A stretch of 63,670 bases of DNA, filler included, from Choristocarpus tenellus KU-1152 (GCA_964200185.2; 9 parts of 9 records of this genome joined end to end with filler, not necessarily neighbours in it), one strand, 5' to 3'. Positions 25,301-37,960 are shown, counted from the whole stretch's first letter. Notes: generated from the letters alone by a model not told the origin. A program made the numbers and translations.

Positions 25301-28300
25301 GTCTCCCGGAATAATCTTCCCCGCCCTCTTTTTCATCGTCGGACACGTTTTGGGGTACCTCTTGCGTGTACATGTTGTTTAAATACTCTGCAACCTCTTC
25401 CACCCCGTTGAGCCCCAGAGTCAGCCGTCCGCGGGATGTGCATGATGCTTTCTTGGCGACTCCAGGCCCTCCCAAGGAAGATGCCACACCAAGTTTGCGC
25501 TTGCCTGCGGCAGCTTGCGAGGACTGGTTGGCAGACTCGTTGGCAGCAACGCATGTGGGGTAGATGCAGTGCAATTCGTTGCCGCTCTCCGACTCCACTT
25601 CACCACAGGTGCCGTGGAGTCGGCCACCACACCCTCCTTGGCATACATGGCCGTTAGGTTCTTTTGGGGTCATGTCGGGAAACATGCATAGCTCACCTGC
25701 AGCACAGGGCACCGTGTGGTACACGCCTACTGCTGCACAACAGTAGCACTGCTGTAGTACAGTATGACAGGTTTTCTCTGTGTGTGTGGTGTGTAGAGAG
25801 AGAATGTGTGGTGACCGCACTATTCAGGGTCATCATGACCCCCTAACCGCACTATCGGGGGTACATCCCTCCATAGTGCGGTTATCGCACTATGGAGTGA
25901 CCGAAGTCGTGGCAAGCGATTTTAACCCCACTGTTGCGGGACATGAACTATTCCGGGCAGCATTAAAGTGGGACCCTTACTGTAGCGGACAGACAAACCC
26001 TCAGAAAATTGTTTTTGTTCCAACCTTGGATCACATATATTGGACAGTGGCAAACACCCACCACCTACAAGGAAATCAGCTACCACATGGATAAATCTGT
26101 TGCTAATTGGACGTCAATATACACTGCTCGATTAGACGATCCTAAACAGAGAGACAAACTTCTTCGCGCCACTGTTGTCCACGGTGTAACCGGTAGGAGA
26201 CAAAACGTATACCCGTCGAACAACAGGGATCTGATATTTACACCACACAACTCAGTCAATTGATTGTGAAGGTTTGGCTACTATACTTACTAGAATCCAC
26301 CTAAGTTATATACTTAAGTACTCTTGTAACAAGGTGTGCCTCTCGCATCTGCCTTCCGTTTGAACCATACCCATTTCTATTAATTGTTCTGTATTTTACT
26401 TGGGACCTTCTGCCACTAAAACCCAGAGTGGGACGAAGGTAAGACATGGAACCTCTGCTTCACCTCATAGTAACTGGGAACGATGCGAAAGTAACAAGTG
26501 GAGACCCTATTTGTGCTTGTTTGGCAGTGACGATGAGATCGAATGTCCTTCTTAGGCTCCTCGATTAATGTGAAGACTTTCTGAGGGATCATAAAAATGC
26601 TACCCTGCCTACCTCTCAATTTGTTTGTGTTACATCCTTTGAACCACAAACCTTTACATCCTTCGATATAGCATTACAAGTGTCAATCAAACCACCCCGA
26701 TTTTATTCACTGTTTCCTCACTCCAACCCTCTCTCTTATCTCGCACTTTATAAGAAGTCACCTTTACGTCAGCAGGGGAGTTGCTAGGACTAAGGGTATA
26801 GCTGGCAACTCCACTGGAAACTCATTTCAAACTTGTGGCACCCTTTTTCTCTGGTATCTCTCTTCCCAAGAAAATGCGGCACCTCACCCCACACGATCCT
26901 GATGATCTCACCATGTGAAGCTTACCGTAAAGGGCTGACACTAATCCACTATGAGTGCTTTTTTCGATTAAAAAATGTGGCTAACTCAAACGTAAAATAC
27001 AAAACCCGGTGTCTATATATTGTTGAGCACTCTGGCCTTCTTAGGCATACACTAATCGTAACATCTAATCCACACATTGTAGGATGAAAACAACTGGTGA
27101 TACCTTGGAAGGTAACTTAAAAAAAGTAAAACTTCACTTGTGTTAGGTATCTTATTGGGTTTTTTTGTAAATGCTATTGTCAATCAAATTGGGTTTACAT
27201 ATCCCATATTGGGATTGATGGAACAAGGATGTTTACTTGTTGGAGAATTGGGATTTGGTTGTTTTCCACCTATTTAATACATCTTTCTATATTTGTTTTC
27301 GCAGTGCTTATAGATAGGGACTCATTCGGCTTTGTATTTACAATTTTAAGTATGTTTACGTGTAAGACAGAGGTAGTTTGCTGCTGTATCTATCACTATG
27401 ATACTTAAAAAGAATGTGCACACTTGTTTACACATGAGGCAAGCAAGATACACATCACTGCTGTACCTGCCATCAAGATCATTAAATTGTTCATGCAGTG
27501 TCTTAGTAGCTTTCTTGACTGTGTTAATGTCCAAGTTGCCTGACAATGACTTGTTCAGAAATTGAGGTGATCCACTTCGAAATTTGTATGTTTTTTCTAC
27601 TACCCCTGTTATCCTTTCTTCAACAACTACATGCTGTATGCTGGCTTCAAATACAAACATATTTTTCCAATAAATCTTACAGCAACAAACAGGGCGAATA
27701 GTGCACGATATCAGTTTGACAAATAAATGTGGCTAGTCCTAGCAACATCACCAGACAGGCGCTCACACAGATTCTGTTAATGAAACAAAAGATTTCCAGG
27801 AATATATACATTGAACCTATTTATCCTAACGCTATCACCGACTGAAAATGAAACAAAGTTTTTCTCTGGACAGTATGTTACAACTGACTTAAGACCTATT
27901 TAAATATCACCAATAAAAAGGTGAAGGAGGCATAATAGTAGCAGGAGTCAAAGCATTTAAGAGGGTAGGAGTTTTGCCCTGTTTGTCTGTTCGGGGCTTG
28001 ACTTCCCACGGGTTTTTTATGCACTTTTTTCGGTTTTCTACTATTACTATTACTATTACTATTACTATTTCTATTTCTTACCAGTTTCTACTGTTTAAAA
28101 TGCTCCTTATGCTCTTCAACTATCAAAAGGTATTGCTTATGGATATTTTTTTGTCTGTCGACCTTTGTTTCTCACCTCTAGATTGCCATGGATGTCACCA
28201 AAGACATACACTGGAGACTGCAAGAATACCGCTCTTGGCTCTGCCTCAAATAAGGGTGCTACCCGCTGACAGATCTGTGTTGCGGTGGGATAATGATGTT

Positions 28301-28665
28301 GCTTTGAATGTATGCTATATAATACTTTGCATACATAATGCATGATAAATAATGCAGAGTAGTCCATACATAGTACATACTACGTACTCCACATAATATG
28401 TACGTATGTACATTTGGTGTTTTTTATATATATTGTTGCTCCCTGTCGACCATATAGCACACGAGTCTATGCGATTGACAATGTAGGTGGGGTCTTTGAG
28501 ACTAATCCATTCACTACCCCTACTATCCATCAGTTAGCATATCCTCATCGCCATCCTTCCCAAATGTGAGTCCAATAGTGTTGAGGGAAGAGCAGAAGAA
28601 GGACTCAAATGATCCCTTCCAGACAGTAACACGTGTCCTCTATTTCACCATCAGGTACATCGATG

Positions 28666-28696
<31 letters not shown>

Positions 28697-31600
28697 TACT
28701 GAAGTATTCAAAGTACAAAAAAACCCTACTCTTGCGTGTATTGACTTCTTGGTTCCTGAGCTCACCTTGATCACATCTCTGGCGAATTGTGCCGAGGTGA
28801 GATAATTGGCATGAACTTCTGGCCTCTTGAACATTTCAATCATCTTTACAGACACGGAGTCACATCGCTGCAGGGGCGCTAAGCTCTGCAGTGCCGAGGC
28901 TGTTGCAACACTTACACGGCGACTGATGAGGAGGGTATGGGTAGGGAGGGAGGAGGTATGGGAGGTTGGGGAGGTTGTGATAGGTGACACATCGTTAGTG
29001 TATCTACAGTTGGTGTTGGGGTGGTGCCAATATTACCTGACTACAGGATTCCTGTTGGTTCAAGGATGAAAAGAGGACTAGAATGTGGCAGGCCGCCTAT
29101 TTTTTGAAGATGGCTGGTCTGTGTAACAGTATGAGGTGTAGTACCTATTTGTTTAAGCAAAACCCACCAACCTGGTATCATTTTTTCTCCCAGTTATACC
29201 TTACCATTGACTCAACAGCAGCCCTGTTAGAACTCCCTGTTGCAAGGTGAACACAAGAAATCATTTGTTTGTTGTGATACTATTATAATATACCTGTACA
29301 AATAGGGTTACCTACAGGTTGAAATGCTACTCATATTGAATTCTATCATTCACACTCAAATCTTGGTAGGACCACTGTTTCTAATATTGACACGATTCTG
29401 TGGAGGAAGACCCGGGTGCAGAAATTCATTAATGTTGCCTCCGAGAGATTGGAAGTGTTGCACGGAAGAGTGAAGATTATGTTGTGGTGATGGAAACACA
29501 AACGGATTTGGCCCACAGAGCTTGTTTGTGATTTTCAGATTGGTGGAATGTTGAAGTGTAATTTACATCCTTGTATTGGATCAAATTTAGGTGTCAAATA
29601 ATATGAATAGTAATAAAATGTTACGACTTTCACTGATGAGACACACACACACACACACACACACACCTCCCAGCACAATTATAGGCATGTCTTTGTTCTT
29701 AAGTTAGGAATTACATTTCCAGGAATCTAATTCCACCCTACCTAGGGCCGATCTGTCCCCATAGGTACCATATGCCCCCCATTATATGTATTTATTTGCG
29801 CTAGCCTAGGGTCACAAAACTGTGCTTGATAGGTAGTACGAAGAAAGCAATACGCAACGTTTAAGAAAATCAGGGCATTTTATTAAGCCCGCAGGTTGAA
29901 AAGGCCCTGTCCGCTGGGTGGACCACTCTCACAATTAGTTGGCATGTCTCTGTCCTTGCCACAAGGCATTGAATTGGTCCATAACTGCTGGTTGAACCGG
30001 TTCTAAGATTCTCAAGCATGTTCAGGCCATGTCACTGAGTATGGTACTGGTCCATCTATGCTGGCTGGAGTGCATCTAACGTTCTGTGACATGTGTGGAC
30101 TCTGTCTGGTGAACGATCTAAGCTTTTCTGGCATGTCCGGGCCATGTCCACTACCTGGTGTACTAGTCCAACTACTGAGTCCATTAGGCATACTTGCGAC
30201 TGTATATCAAAATTGTGCGTAGGTCTATGAAATGGTCGTTTCGGTACTATACTTCACCGTGCTTAAAATAATGAAACCATTAATTCACCTCATCAAGAAA
30301 AAATAATTAATGACAGAAAACAATGGCGGTGTATTTTTCTATACTTCTTGACCACAAGGAAGCGAAGATAGATACAAGCAGGTCTATAAAATACATTATC
30401 CATCCAATAGACTCAACCAAATCGCCCAAAATCGTGACTAGGCAAAATGGGCCCAAAATGGACAACCGCCACCCCCTCCCAGATAACTTCGACCCTGTTG
30501 ACAACTCTTGAACTCTACATTAGGAGGAGCATGAGGAGGCATGTTAAACAGAGACCCTACTATAGCACAATATGTCTCAGATAAGATGATCTAATGGGAA
30601 AATGGGAATTGCCTTACTGTCCTGATCAAATAAGTCATCGCTTCTTTTTGAGCTCAAGTCCACTTATTGTGTTCTTGATGTATGCAGTAGTATTGTGCAC
30701 ATATAATGTTCGGAGTACTTGTCAAGTGAGTCAAAGTAGGTGAGAGGTACCCAGGTTTTGGTCGTTTTGCCTTTTAAGCCAGCTTTTTGATCTTGCGCAA
30801 TTCACCCATATTTCTGTGGTTGAAGTTTCAAGTTTATCTTGAGAGCGTTTTTTTTTCTATATATCGTTTGAAGCTTTTCTGAAATGAGTCAGAAAATATC
30901 CTATACACATTGAAAAAAAGAGTTTTGAACATATTTGTCAGCATCCTTAAAATGCAACTCCGGGTTCCACTTGCTTAGTTTGACTTAAGAGAAACATTAC
31001 TCATGCCTGTAGCCTTACTGGAAATCCTGAACTATTGCCGTTTTTTTTTTAAATAAGTCAATAATCACCACTGCTTGATGTCCTCTTTTGTTGTAGGACA
31101 TGCTGATAACTGATACAAACCTCATACTTCTTACTTGATACTCCAGAGTAGAAAGTAACCTTGTAAGTATCTTCCCAGAAAGAGCTCTGGTTGCTGAAAG
31201 GTTAGACAAAGGAGGAATAGAGGCATAAATGGAACAGAGTAAAAGTAAACGAGAGGTACCCAGGGCTCAAAGTATCTGAGTGAGTGTGTGTCTACACCAG
31301 GGTGTCCATTCGGGCCCTGATCAGGAGAAGTGAACTTACATTGGCCATCCGACACATGCAACAACCAAATCACCCCAAAATCACAACATGGAAAATGGAT
31401 CTCCGAATGGACAGCTGCTACCCCCCCCAGATAATTTGAGCCCAGGTTATGGCTGTTTTGCATTTATAGCCATTTTTTTTTATCTTTTTCAATTCACACA
31501 TATTTCCACAGACAATTTACTAAGTTTGACTTGATATTGTCGATTTCTCTATTGTGTGAGAACTTTTGACACAATTCAGAAAATTTCCTACAAGCATTTG

Positions 31601-33484
31601 AAAAAGAAAAAACCTGCGCATGCATTTGTCAGCATCCTCAAAATGCAACCCCTCAGTACCCCTCACTTACTTTGATCCACAATCTGTTGTGAATAGAGTC
31701 TCCTTGAACTAGAGTCAAAGTATCTTAGAGGGTAGAGCTGTGTCCGTTTGGGGACCAAAATCCAATGTTGTGATTTTGATGTAATTTTGGCTGCCGTGTT
31801 TGTTAGGAAGTGTCAATATCCTTGTTCCTGGCACACCTTTTTCATAACGTACACATTTTACCTAATCTGAAATGGTTCACAGTAGGTAAATTGCCATAAA
31901 CAACCCGTGGGAAACTAAGCCTCAAATGGAAAAATAAGGCAAAACTTGTACTCTTTAAGATATTTTCACTCCTACTGATATACGCACAATAGACTGAACA
32001 AGATAATTGAGTGTTTTACAGAACCAATCGCCTTCATTTGATTGTACCCAGAACATAATGGGTTAGGACTCAAACTTGCAATTTCGGATAGGGGGGTGAC
32101 TGAGATGTGTAGATCATGTACAGCGGGAATTGAGACTGCTGCTTGGGATGCAGTATGGGGAAGGGTTTACTTGAGATTAATGTTGATATGACAGTTTTCT
32201 AGAGTGAATTTTTTTTCACAGTGTGAGTCAAAGTAAATGAGAGGTACCCAGGTTTTGGTCGTTTTTGTATTTTAAGCCATTGTTTCTTTTGCAATTTCCC
32301 ATATTTCTATGGATTAAGTGCTAAGTTTGACTTGAGAATGTTGATTTCTCTATTTTTTTGAGAATTTTCGATACAATTCAGAAAATATCCTACACGCATT
32401 TTTAAAAGTAGACAAATTTTGCGCGTATTTGTTGGCATCCTTAGAATAAACTCTGGCTCTCGTCTACTTTGAATCAGTGCATCAAGAGGTGTTAGAGTGG
32501 ATTTAGGAGAGACTGGAGAAAAAAAATCGTTTTCATCCTCGGTTATGACAGTAGATATGGTTTAGCGTTGTGCATATGACAAAGTACTGGAACAGGGACT
32601 TACCCAATCATTTTCGTCTTGGTTTTCTTGTCGTCCACAAGGTGGATCACTGGCTCAAGAGGGTGCAGTCGCTTTTGTATATCGTCACTGGTGGTTGAGA
32701 GCTCTGCCATTAGACGTTTGACCTGTGGGTGTTGGAGAAGGAGTACATGTGAGAGTCTCAGACTGTGCAGACTCCGCGGTAAACCTCATTTACTAGTTAT
32801 AACCCAAAGTACTTAGAGCTACAATACACCCCCCCCCTGAGATTTGAAGGCATCTATTATCATCCTCAGTCCTAATGGATTCAAGTATCTCGAGAAAAGA
32901 ATCGAGCTGCTAGGATGCCCATTTTCCCTTTAATCCGTGGTAAGTAACGAAATTGGGATCGAACTCCGGCCTGAAAAATGCCCTTCCAACGTAGCTCGTG
33001 AATATGAACAACCTATCGAGCAGTTTCGAAAATGCAATTAATCGACATGGAGCTAGTTCGGATTGTCTCACCTGTTGCTGCAAGGCATGCACGACATTTT
33101 CCTTTTCTTGGAGAATGCCCTCAAGCTTCCGTACTGTGTCTTTCCCTCCCTTGTTCACATACAAACAGCAGAACATTGAATTATCGTCACGTGAAAGTGG
33201 TGGGGGAACTAGTGCAGAACACTGGTGGGTAGATGCCGTTTTCGAGGCTCAGGATCTAAGTGGATCAAATACCTCAAGTAGAACGAGTCTAGGTCCAGTC
33301 CTTTCTGCTTGTGGCCACTTTCAACCTCGCTCCCATTCTGGGCGTGTCAAGAAGGGGCAAAGTTCTCTGGTATCAAGGAATGACACGTCGTGGTCATATG
33401 GCCACTCCACACCTTATCCGACGCGAAGTCTTCCATCTGGTCGTCTTTCCCCCCTGTCCTCCGACGAAACGACAATTTGTTCAT
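19333..33484 (-). CDS. PPP-family Ser/Thr protein phosphatase with N-terminal coiled coil; 3' exons missing at contig end
   Basis: Exons 33484-33413 (MNKLSF...), 33149-33072, 32722-32604, 29003-28766, 28274-28176 (GDIHGN), 22189-21947 (GDYVDRG, RGNHE), 20744-20592 (CVHGG), 19449-19333 (DCMWSDP). All are GT-AG and phase-compatible. The catalytic exons are secure; the first two exons are less so. Confidence 0.92.
22900..24368 (-). mobile_element. Decayed IS630/Tc1-type transposase relic
   Basis: [12 protein letters not shown] (near 23260-23290) and [14 protein letters not shown] (near 22940-22982) resemble the DNAxYH and PPYxPxLNPIE motifs. Many stops and frameshifts. Confidence 0.55.
24371..25982 (-). 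mobile_element. Pogo-like (Tc1/mariner) DNA transposon, internally deleted, 1612 bp
   Basis: TIR CAGTAAGGGTCCCACTTTA(G/A)TGC (22/23 match) with TA duplication at 24369-24370 and 25983-25984. Subterminal CCGCACTAT repeats at both ends. Internal ORF 25820-25098. Confidence 0.9.
25098..25820 (-). CDS. Truncated transposase ORF: Cys/His finger fused in frame to a C-terminal tail, no DDE core
   Basis: [30 protein letters not shown], then KRK and RGRLTLG, joined directly to [11 protein letters not shown]...[11 protein letters not shown]...[11 protein letters not shown]. The true start codon is unresolved. Confidence 0.65.
   Translation of the reverse strand: MRSPHILSLHTTHTEKTCHTVLQQCYCCAAVGVYHTVPCAAGELCMFPDMTPKEPNGHVCQGGCGGRLHGTCGEVESESGNELHCIYPTCVAANESANQSSQAAAGKRKLGVASSLGGPGVAKKASCTSRGRLTLGLNGVEEVAEYLNNMYTQEVPQNVSDDEKEGGEDYSGRHEVEVPPPYSDLSSHFRHLEAITEKCGIQEAAFHLQKARMAMINVYTSKPVKQTDIRAFASLPERDM
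27945..28040 (-). mobile_element. MITE family A, partial
   Basis: GAGTCAAAGCATTTAAGAGGGTAGGAGTTTTGCCCTGTTTGTC is the reverse complement of the right arm. Confidence 0.75.
30335..30494. mobile_element. MITE family C, degraded
   Basis: Ends AAATGGACAACCGCCACCCCCTCCCAGATAACTTCGACCC. Confidence 0.65.
30728..30986. mobile_element. MITE family B
   Basis: GAGTCAAAGTAGGTGAGAGGTACCCAGG...TAGTTTGACTT; interior similar to 32225-32475. Confidence 0.8.
31237..31678. mobile_element. MITE family B carrying a nested family C copy
   Basis: GAGTAAAAGTAAACGAGAGGTACCCAG[insert]GTTATGG...TACTTTGATCC; target duplication ACA/ACA. Confidence 0.85.
31264..31442. mobile_element. MITE family C nested in family B
   Basis: GGCTCAAAGTATCTG...CAGATAATTTGAGCC with target duplication CAG/CAG. 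Confidence 0.9.
31712..31971 (+). mobile_element. MITE family A, full copy
   Basis: Both TIRs present; target duplication CTA/CTA. Confidence 0.9.
32225..32475. mobile_element. MITE family B
   Basis: GAGTCAAAGTAAATGAGAGGTACCCAGG...TACTTTGAATC; flanks TGT/AGT. Confidence 0.85.
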
Positions 33485-34350
33485 GATGATACTCCGCTAC
33501 GAAATCCTGTTCAGCTACCCTATGCTAAAGTTCACCGCAAAATCTGTGGTCTGGAAGGGGAATCCGCGCAGGAGAAAATGAGTCCCATAAGCTTGTTGTT
33601 ACCCACTTTTCGTTGACCTGGTATGTGGTGTACTAATATATTGAGAATCAGTGTAGTGGGTGTTAAGAGTTCCAAATACGTGTATGCATGTATATTGAGT
33701 TTTAGATGTTTTACTCTTTTTGCCGTTTCATGACGGATTGAAAAAGAAAAAAGTAATAAATTATCTTGCTGAAATAAAATATAATATCTGATCCTTTTTC
33801 CTCCATTTTCTATGAAATAATTTGTATTACCACTAACTAAATGTTGGATACAGCTAAAAAGCCGAGTCAATATAATATCATAACCACCCCTATTAACTAT
33901 TACTAGTAAATATACCATTACTACTATTACTATTACTTACTACTATTGGGTGTTGTGAGAGGTGTTTGTAATTACAACAAAGTGCACACATTATGTATGT
34001 GTTCAACGAAAAGAAAAATATTCAATATTTCCAAATAGTTGTAAATGTGACAGTTTGAAAATCCTACCTGATTGCACTGATACCTCAGACGTCAAGAACA
34101 ATCGCCTGCTACTACTACTGTGGAAAGCGCTCGTTGATGCAACAACTCACCCTGCAGGAATTCCAGTCTTGCACCAAGCTTGTTCTTCCATCGCTGCCAT
34201 CAATTAATTAGATGCAAAAGGGGTTCTGAGTCCAGAACCCTCCTTTGTGTAGAGCACGACAACAGGTGAAGCAACCATCATTGTCCACGTGAGTGTCCAA
34301 CAGAGCTCTCCGAGCCTCCGGAAAGGCTACTTGCTGGAGTGAGAAAGGTC

Positions 34351-37300
34351 ATGAACGACCGTGGAGAGAGCTCAAATGTCCAAGTTGCGGTTCGATGTCG
34401 ACCACTCAACACCAGGTGAGCATCTTTTGCGAATAGGGGCAAGTGATATTGTTCAGACCACCCTCATGAAGGGACTGGCGCAAAGGTACTGGAAGGGGAG
34501 CAAACGGAGCTGTACGTACAGAAAATGAGCTGGAGAAAGAGATCGAGCGGGGAATTAAAAAGAGCGAGGGAGGTTTGGCAATGCGGCATACTAATGTTTC
34601 TCCCATGTCTTGGACGTTTGTCGAACGGATTATTGCTTCCCAGACATGACGCAGAGGTTCAAGTTATTCCGCCCCACCAGATCGAATTATACAGAGTATG
34701 CTGTCCGATCCTGTTAGAGATGAGGTGATTTGAGTCAGAAGATATATTGACCTCAATTTTAAATCTTCGGGGACTCGTTTCCCAACTGCGTTCACGGTCA
34801 CGCGCAAGGTGTCTATGACAATATGGAGGGATGTAATCTCGGGCTTCATTTATTCCTTAGAGTGGTCCATCGTTTCCATTAGGGTAACGTTTCTGACACG
34901 ACACCAGCCGCTCGATTCCAAGACCTAACGTTACGCCCTGATATTAGGAGAAGGGTAAACATGGCAGGACTTGGCACTTTTGAATAGCCCACAACAATTG
35001 GCACCCTCCCCATTTCAGTTGACGCCAACAACTTAGATGAACCCTGATGGAGGTGTTCGCAGTGGTCAGTGTACGTGCAGCTTCTGCCTTGACGTGTAAT
35101 TGAAGGAGTTACCATGGAAAGGTTGGGTCAGACCCCACTATCTCCTTTTGCACTGGCACTCCTTGCTTGTGGTCGCAGATGTATTCTGTTTGATACTGGT
35201 GGTTGATCGACCAGTCGGAAGCTTTTTTTAATGAATACAACATATGAATAGCTATGTTCAATGGGAAGATAACTCAGACGGCCCTGACTTGGTTGATGCA
35301 CACTTCTCATTGCCTTCTGTTCAAGTATTTAATTCTTAATATTGCCGTGTGGGCTACGCACCCCAAAGAAAGCGATCAGGACAACATGAGTACCTATATT
35401 GGTGAGAGTCCATCACCCCTCTTTAAACAATAATATAGTCTTATTGTCCCCCATATTTCTTCTATGTAGATCAGTTTCATTGTAGACTGTGGAGGAAGGT
35501 GAGGTTTGCCAGCAAAGGTTTTATTTTTTTTTGTGGGTCGACAACACGTTCGCAGTGTACAGTGGTAGAGGGAGATTGGTTGGTCGATCCTTGAGCAACT
35601 CTGTTGGCAGATTGCCTTGCACCTTACAAATTGATTAGTCACATTAGAGGTAGTCGGGTGCATTCCTGCCTCGCTGCTGTCTGCCATCTACTGTAGCGTA
35701 TTTCAGGCACTTTGTGGTTGAGTACTGTCCAATACATCCCATATCCCTGTTTAAGGTGGGTACTCACAGGAATATTTGTAATTCTGTATCATGAAAAGCT
35801 TTGTAAATCATTCTTAGGTGTTGGAAGAGTATCGGGATGTGTGGGCTCCTATCATGGTTCATACCGATGACACCCTTACCCCAGTTCCAGTTACGTCCTG
35901 TTCGTTGACACCCCGATGTTAACCCTTTTCATCCCCAAAACTGAAATTATACCCCTTTTTCTTTCAGCCTTTCCCACCCAAACATTGCTTTGAACTATTT
36001 TGTTTAGCCGTCAATTTCTTTGATACATCTGAACTTTTGAGTGATGACCTCCTCCCTCTCCTCCCATCCTTTCCTAACCCCAAGTATGATCTATTTGTTG
36101 TCTGCAACAACATTTATTTTCTGCGGGTTTTGGTATTCAAGTTGCTGTTCTCTTTGCGGCGAGATATAAAAGAGATCCTTGTTTAGTACTTTATTTCTTT
36201 TTACAAATAAAGAGTCATTTAAAGCTTTAGCGTGATGAATCAACAGCATTTCCCATATACCTCTATGAATACTACCATCAACACTACCATTAATATTACT
36301 ATTAACACTCAGTGCAACACCTGTACTACTGTAGAACTAGCACATGAGAAGTCGTCTTTAGGGTTAGAGTTAACACACCTGTGCATTAATATTGGGAATT
36401 TTTCACCGTACCAAGCAGTTAACTGGACTGGTGGCCAAACCAGAACCAAAGACTTGGCCGCGGACCAACCCCATTACTACATATGGCAGTCTTGGACTGG
36501 CTCTATTTACCATGTTTTTGTGTCACTGTGCTGCGAACTTGAACCTGAGAAAAGTTCTCATGACCCTGGACCAGCCCTGGCAGAAACACTAAGCGCACAG
36601 GGCTGTGGATGTCTCATTCCATTCTGTTTGAAATATGATTCCGCACAATGTACAATCAGCAACTCTTTGAAAGCAGGTTTTCTGTACAGAACCCTAACCC
36701 TTTTAATTTTACTTCGGTGATCTAATCGACCTCGTGCGTTCCTTATACTATGGTGATAAGAGTATTTGATGAAGGGTGAGGTTGCAACCTCCTCACGATC
36801 TACGTTGCTTGCAATTTTGGGAAAGAACACGCAGAAAGTACGTTTGATTTAGCGTTAGTACAAGGACTCTGTATACATCGTTGTCCTTACTGGAAGTGTT
36901 GCATGCGCAACTTTGCCTTTCTGCCTACACATGCACCACATTTAGCATATTTATTCGTATATCAAATTGGGTTTTCCACTTCCCTCTATGCATACATATA
37001 TATATATATATATTGTGTTTGTGTACAAGCTCATGCAATGAGCCTGAGAGCCAGTGTCCCAGTGCATGATGGTCGAGAGCGCCCACATTCTTCTGTGAGC
37101 ACACTAACAGTGTGCGTGAGAACCACCTCGAAAATAGCGGATTTCAATGCCTTCACAGGCATTTTCGTGTATCCCATTTTGAGAACTTCGCCCCACGTGT
37201 GAGGACCTACTATAAACGTCCTGCTTGATGAGGACAGATTGAACAACTAGGTATGGTTTGACAGTTTGAACAACGATGTATGGTTTTGCACGACCAAAGT

Positions 37301-37922
37301 AGTTTACAATTCATGTGCAGACAGGCCCATGCTGACTAAGCAGATCCGTACCTAGGTCGTTTCTGTTCAAATATACTACAGCCCCTGGACAGGGCCTATC
37401 GAAGAACGCTTTGGTGTGTCTGACCTGTGTGGGCTGCGACCCCTTCATGTTTTGCTTGGTCTGGTTAAAAGCCTTGGCTAACATTTTTTGTCCTCCCCCC
37501 CCCCCCCCCCCCCCCCTCCCCCCCCCCTTTTCGCCCACACCCCCTCTTTCTTTTTTTCTTAAACCCNNNNNNNNNNGTGTGGCCGGCCTGTGTGGGGTGC
37601 GGCCCCCTCTTTTTTTGCTTGGGCTGGGTAAAAGCCTTGGGCAACATTTTTTGGCCCCCCCCCCCCCCCCCCTTGTGCCTCTCACCGATGTGCAAGTAGT
37701 CACGCTTTCATGTTTTCTGCAAACCCCACTGATGTACATATGAGGCCAAACAACGAGGCGATCGCAGTGTGATGTATTCATTTTGCCGCACATTAACACA
37801 CCTACCTAAATACGCATGCAACCACAGGCATGTATCTGTACCTTGTGCCCACATACTCTCCTACCCCCCTGCATACTCTCCTACCAGCCAACTTCCCCGC
37901 TGACTTCCTGTCTTCCCCTGTC

Positions 37923-37960
<38 letters not shown>

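Noticed and set aside
29619-30090. Solo LTR (TG...CA)
   Set aside because: No matching target duplication and no second copy in the window.
34600-37250. Nested antisense gene in kinesin intron 1
   Set aside because: I could not build a phase-consistent exon chain or find a recognisable motif.
37420-37680. Local duplication with poly-C tracts around the 10-N gap, and the Pro/Gly-rich ORFs there
   Set aside because: It looks like a poorly merged overlap at a homopolymer, and the ORFs are low-complexity by-products.
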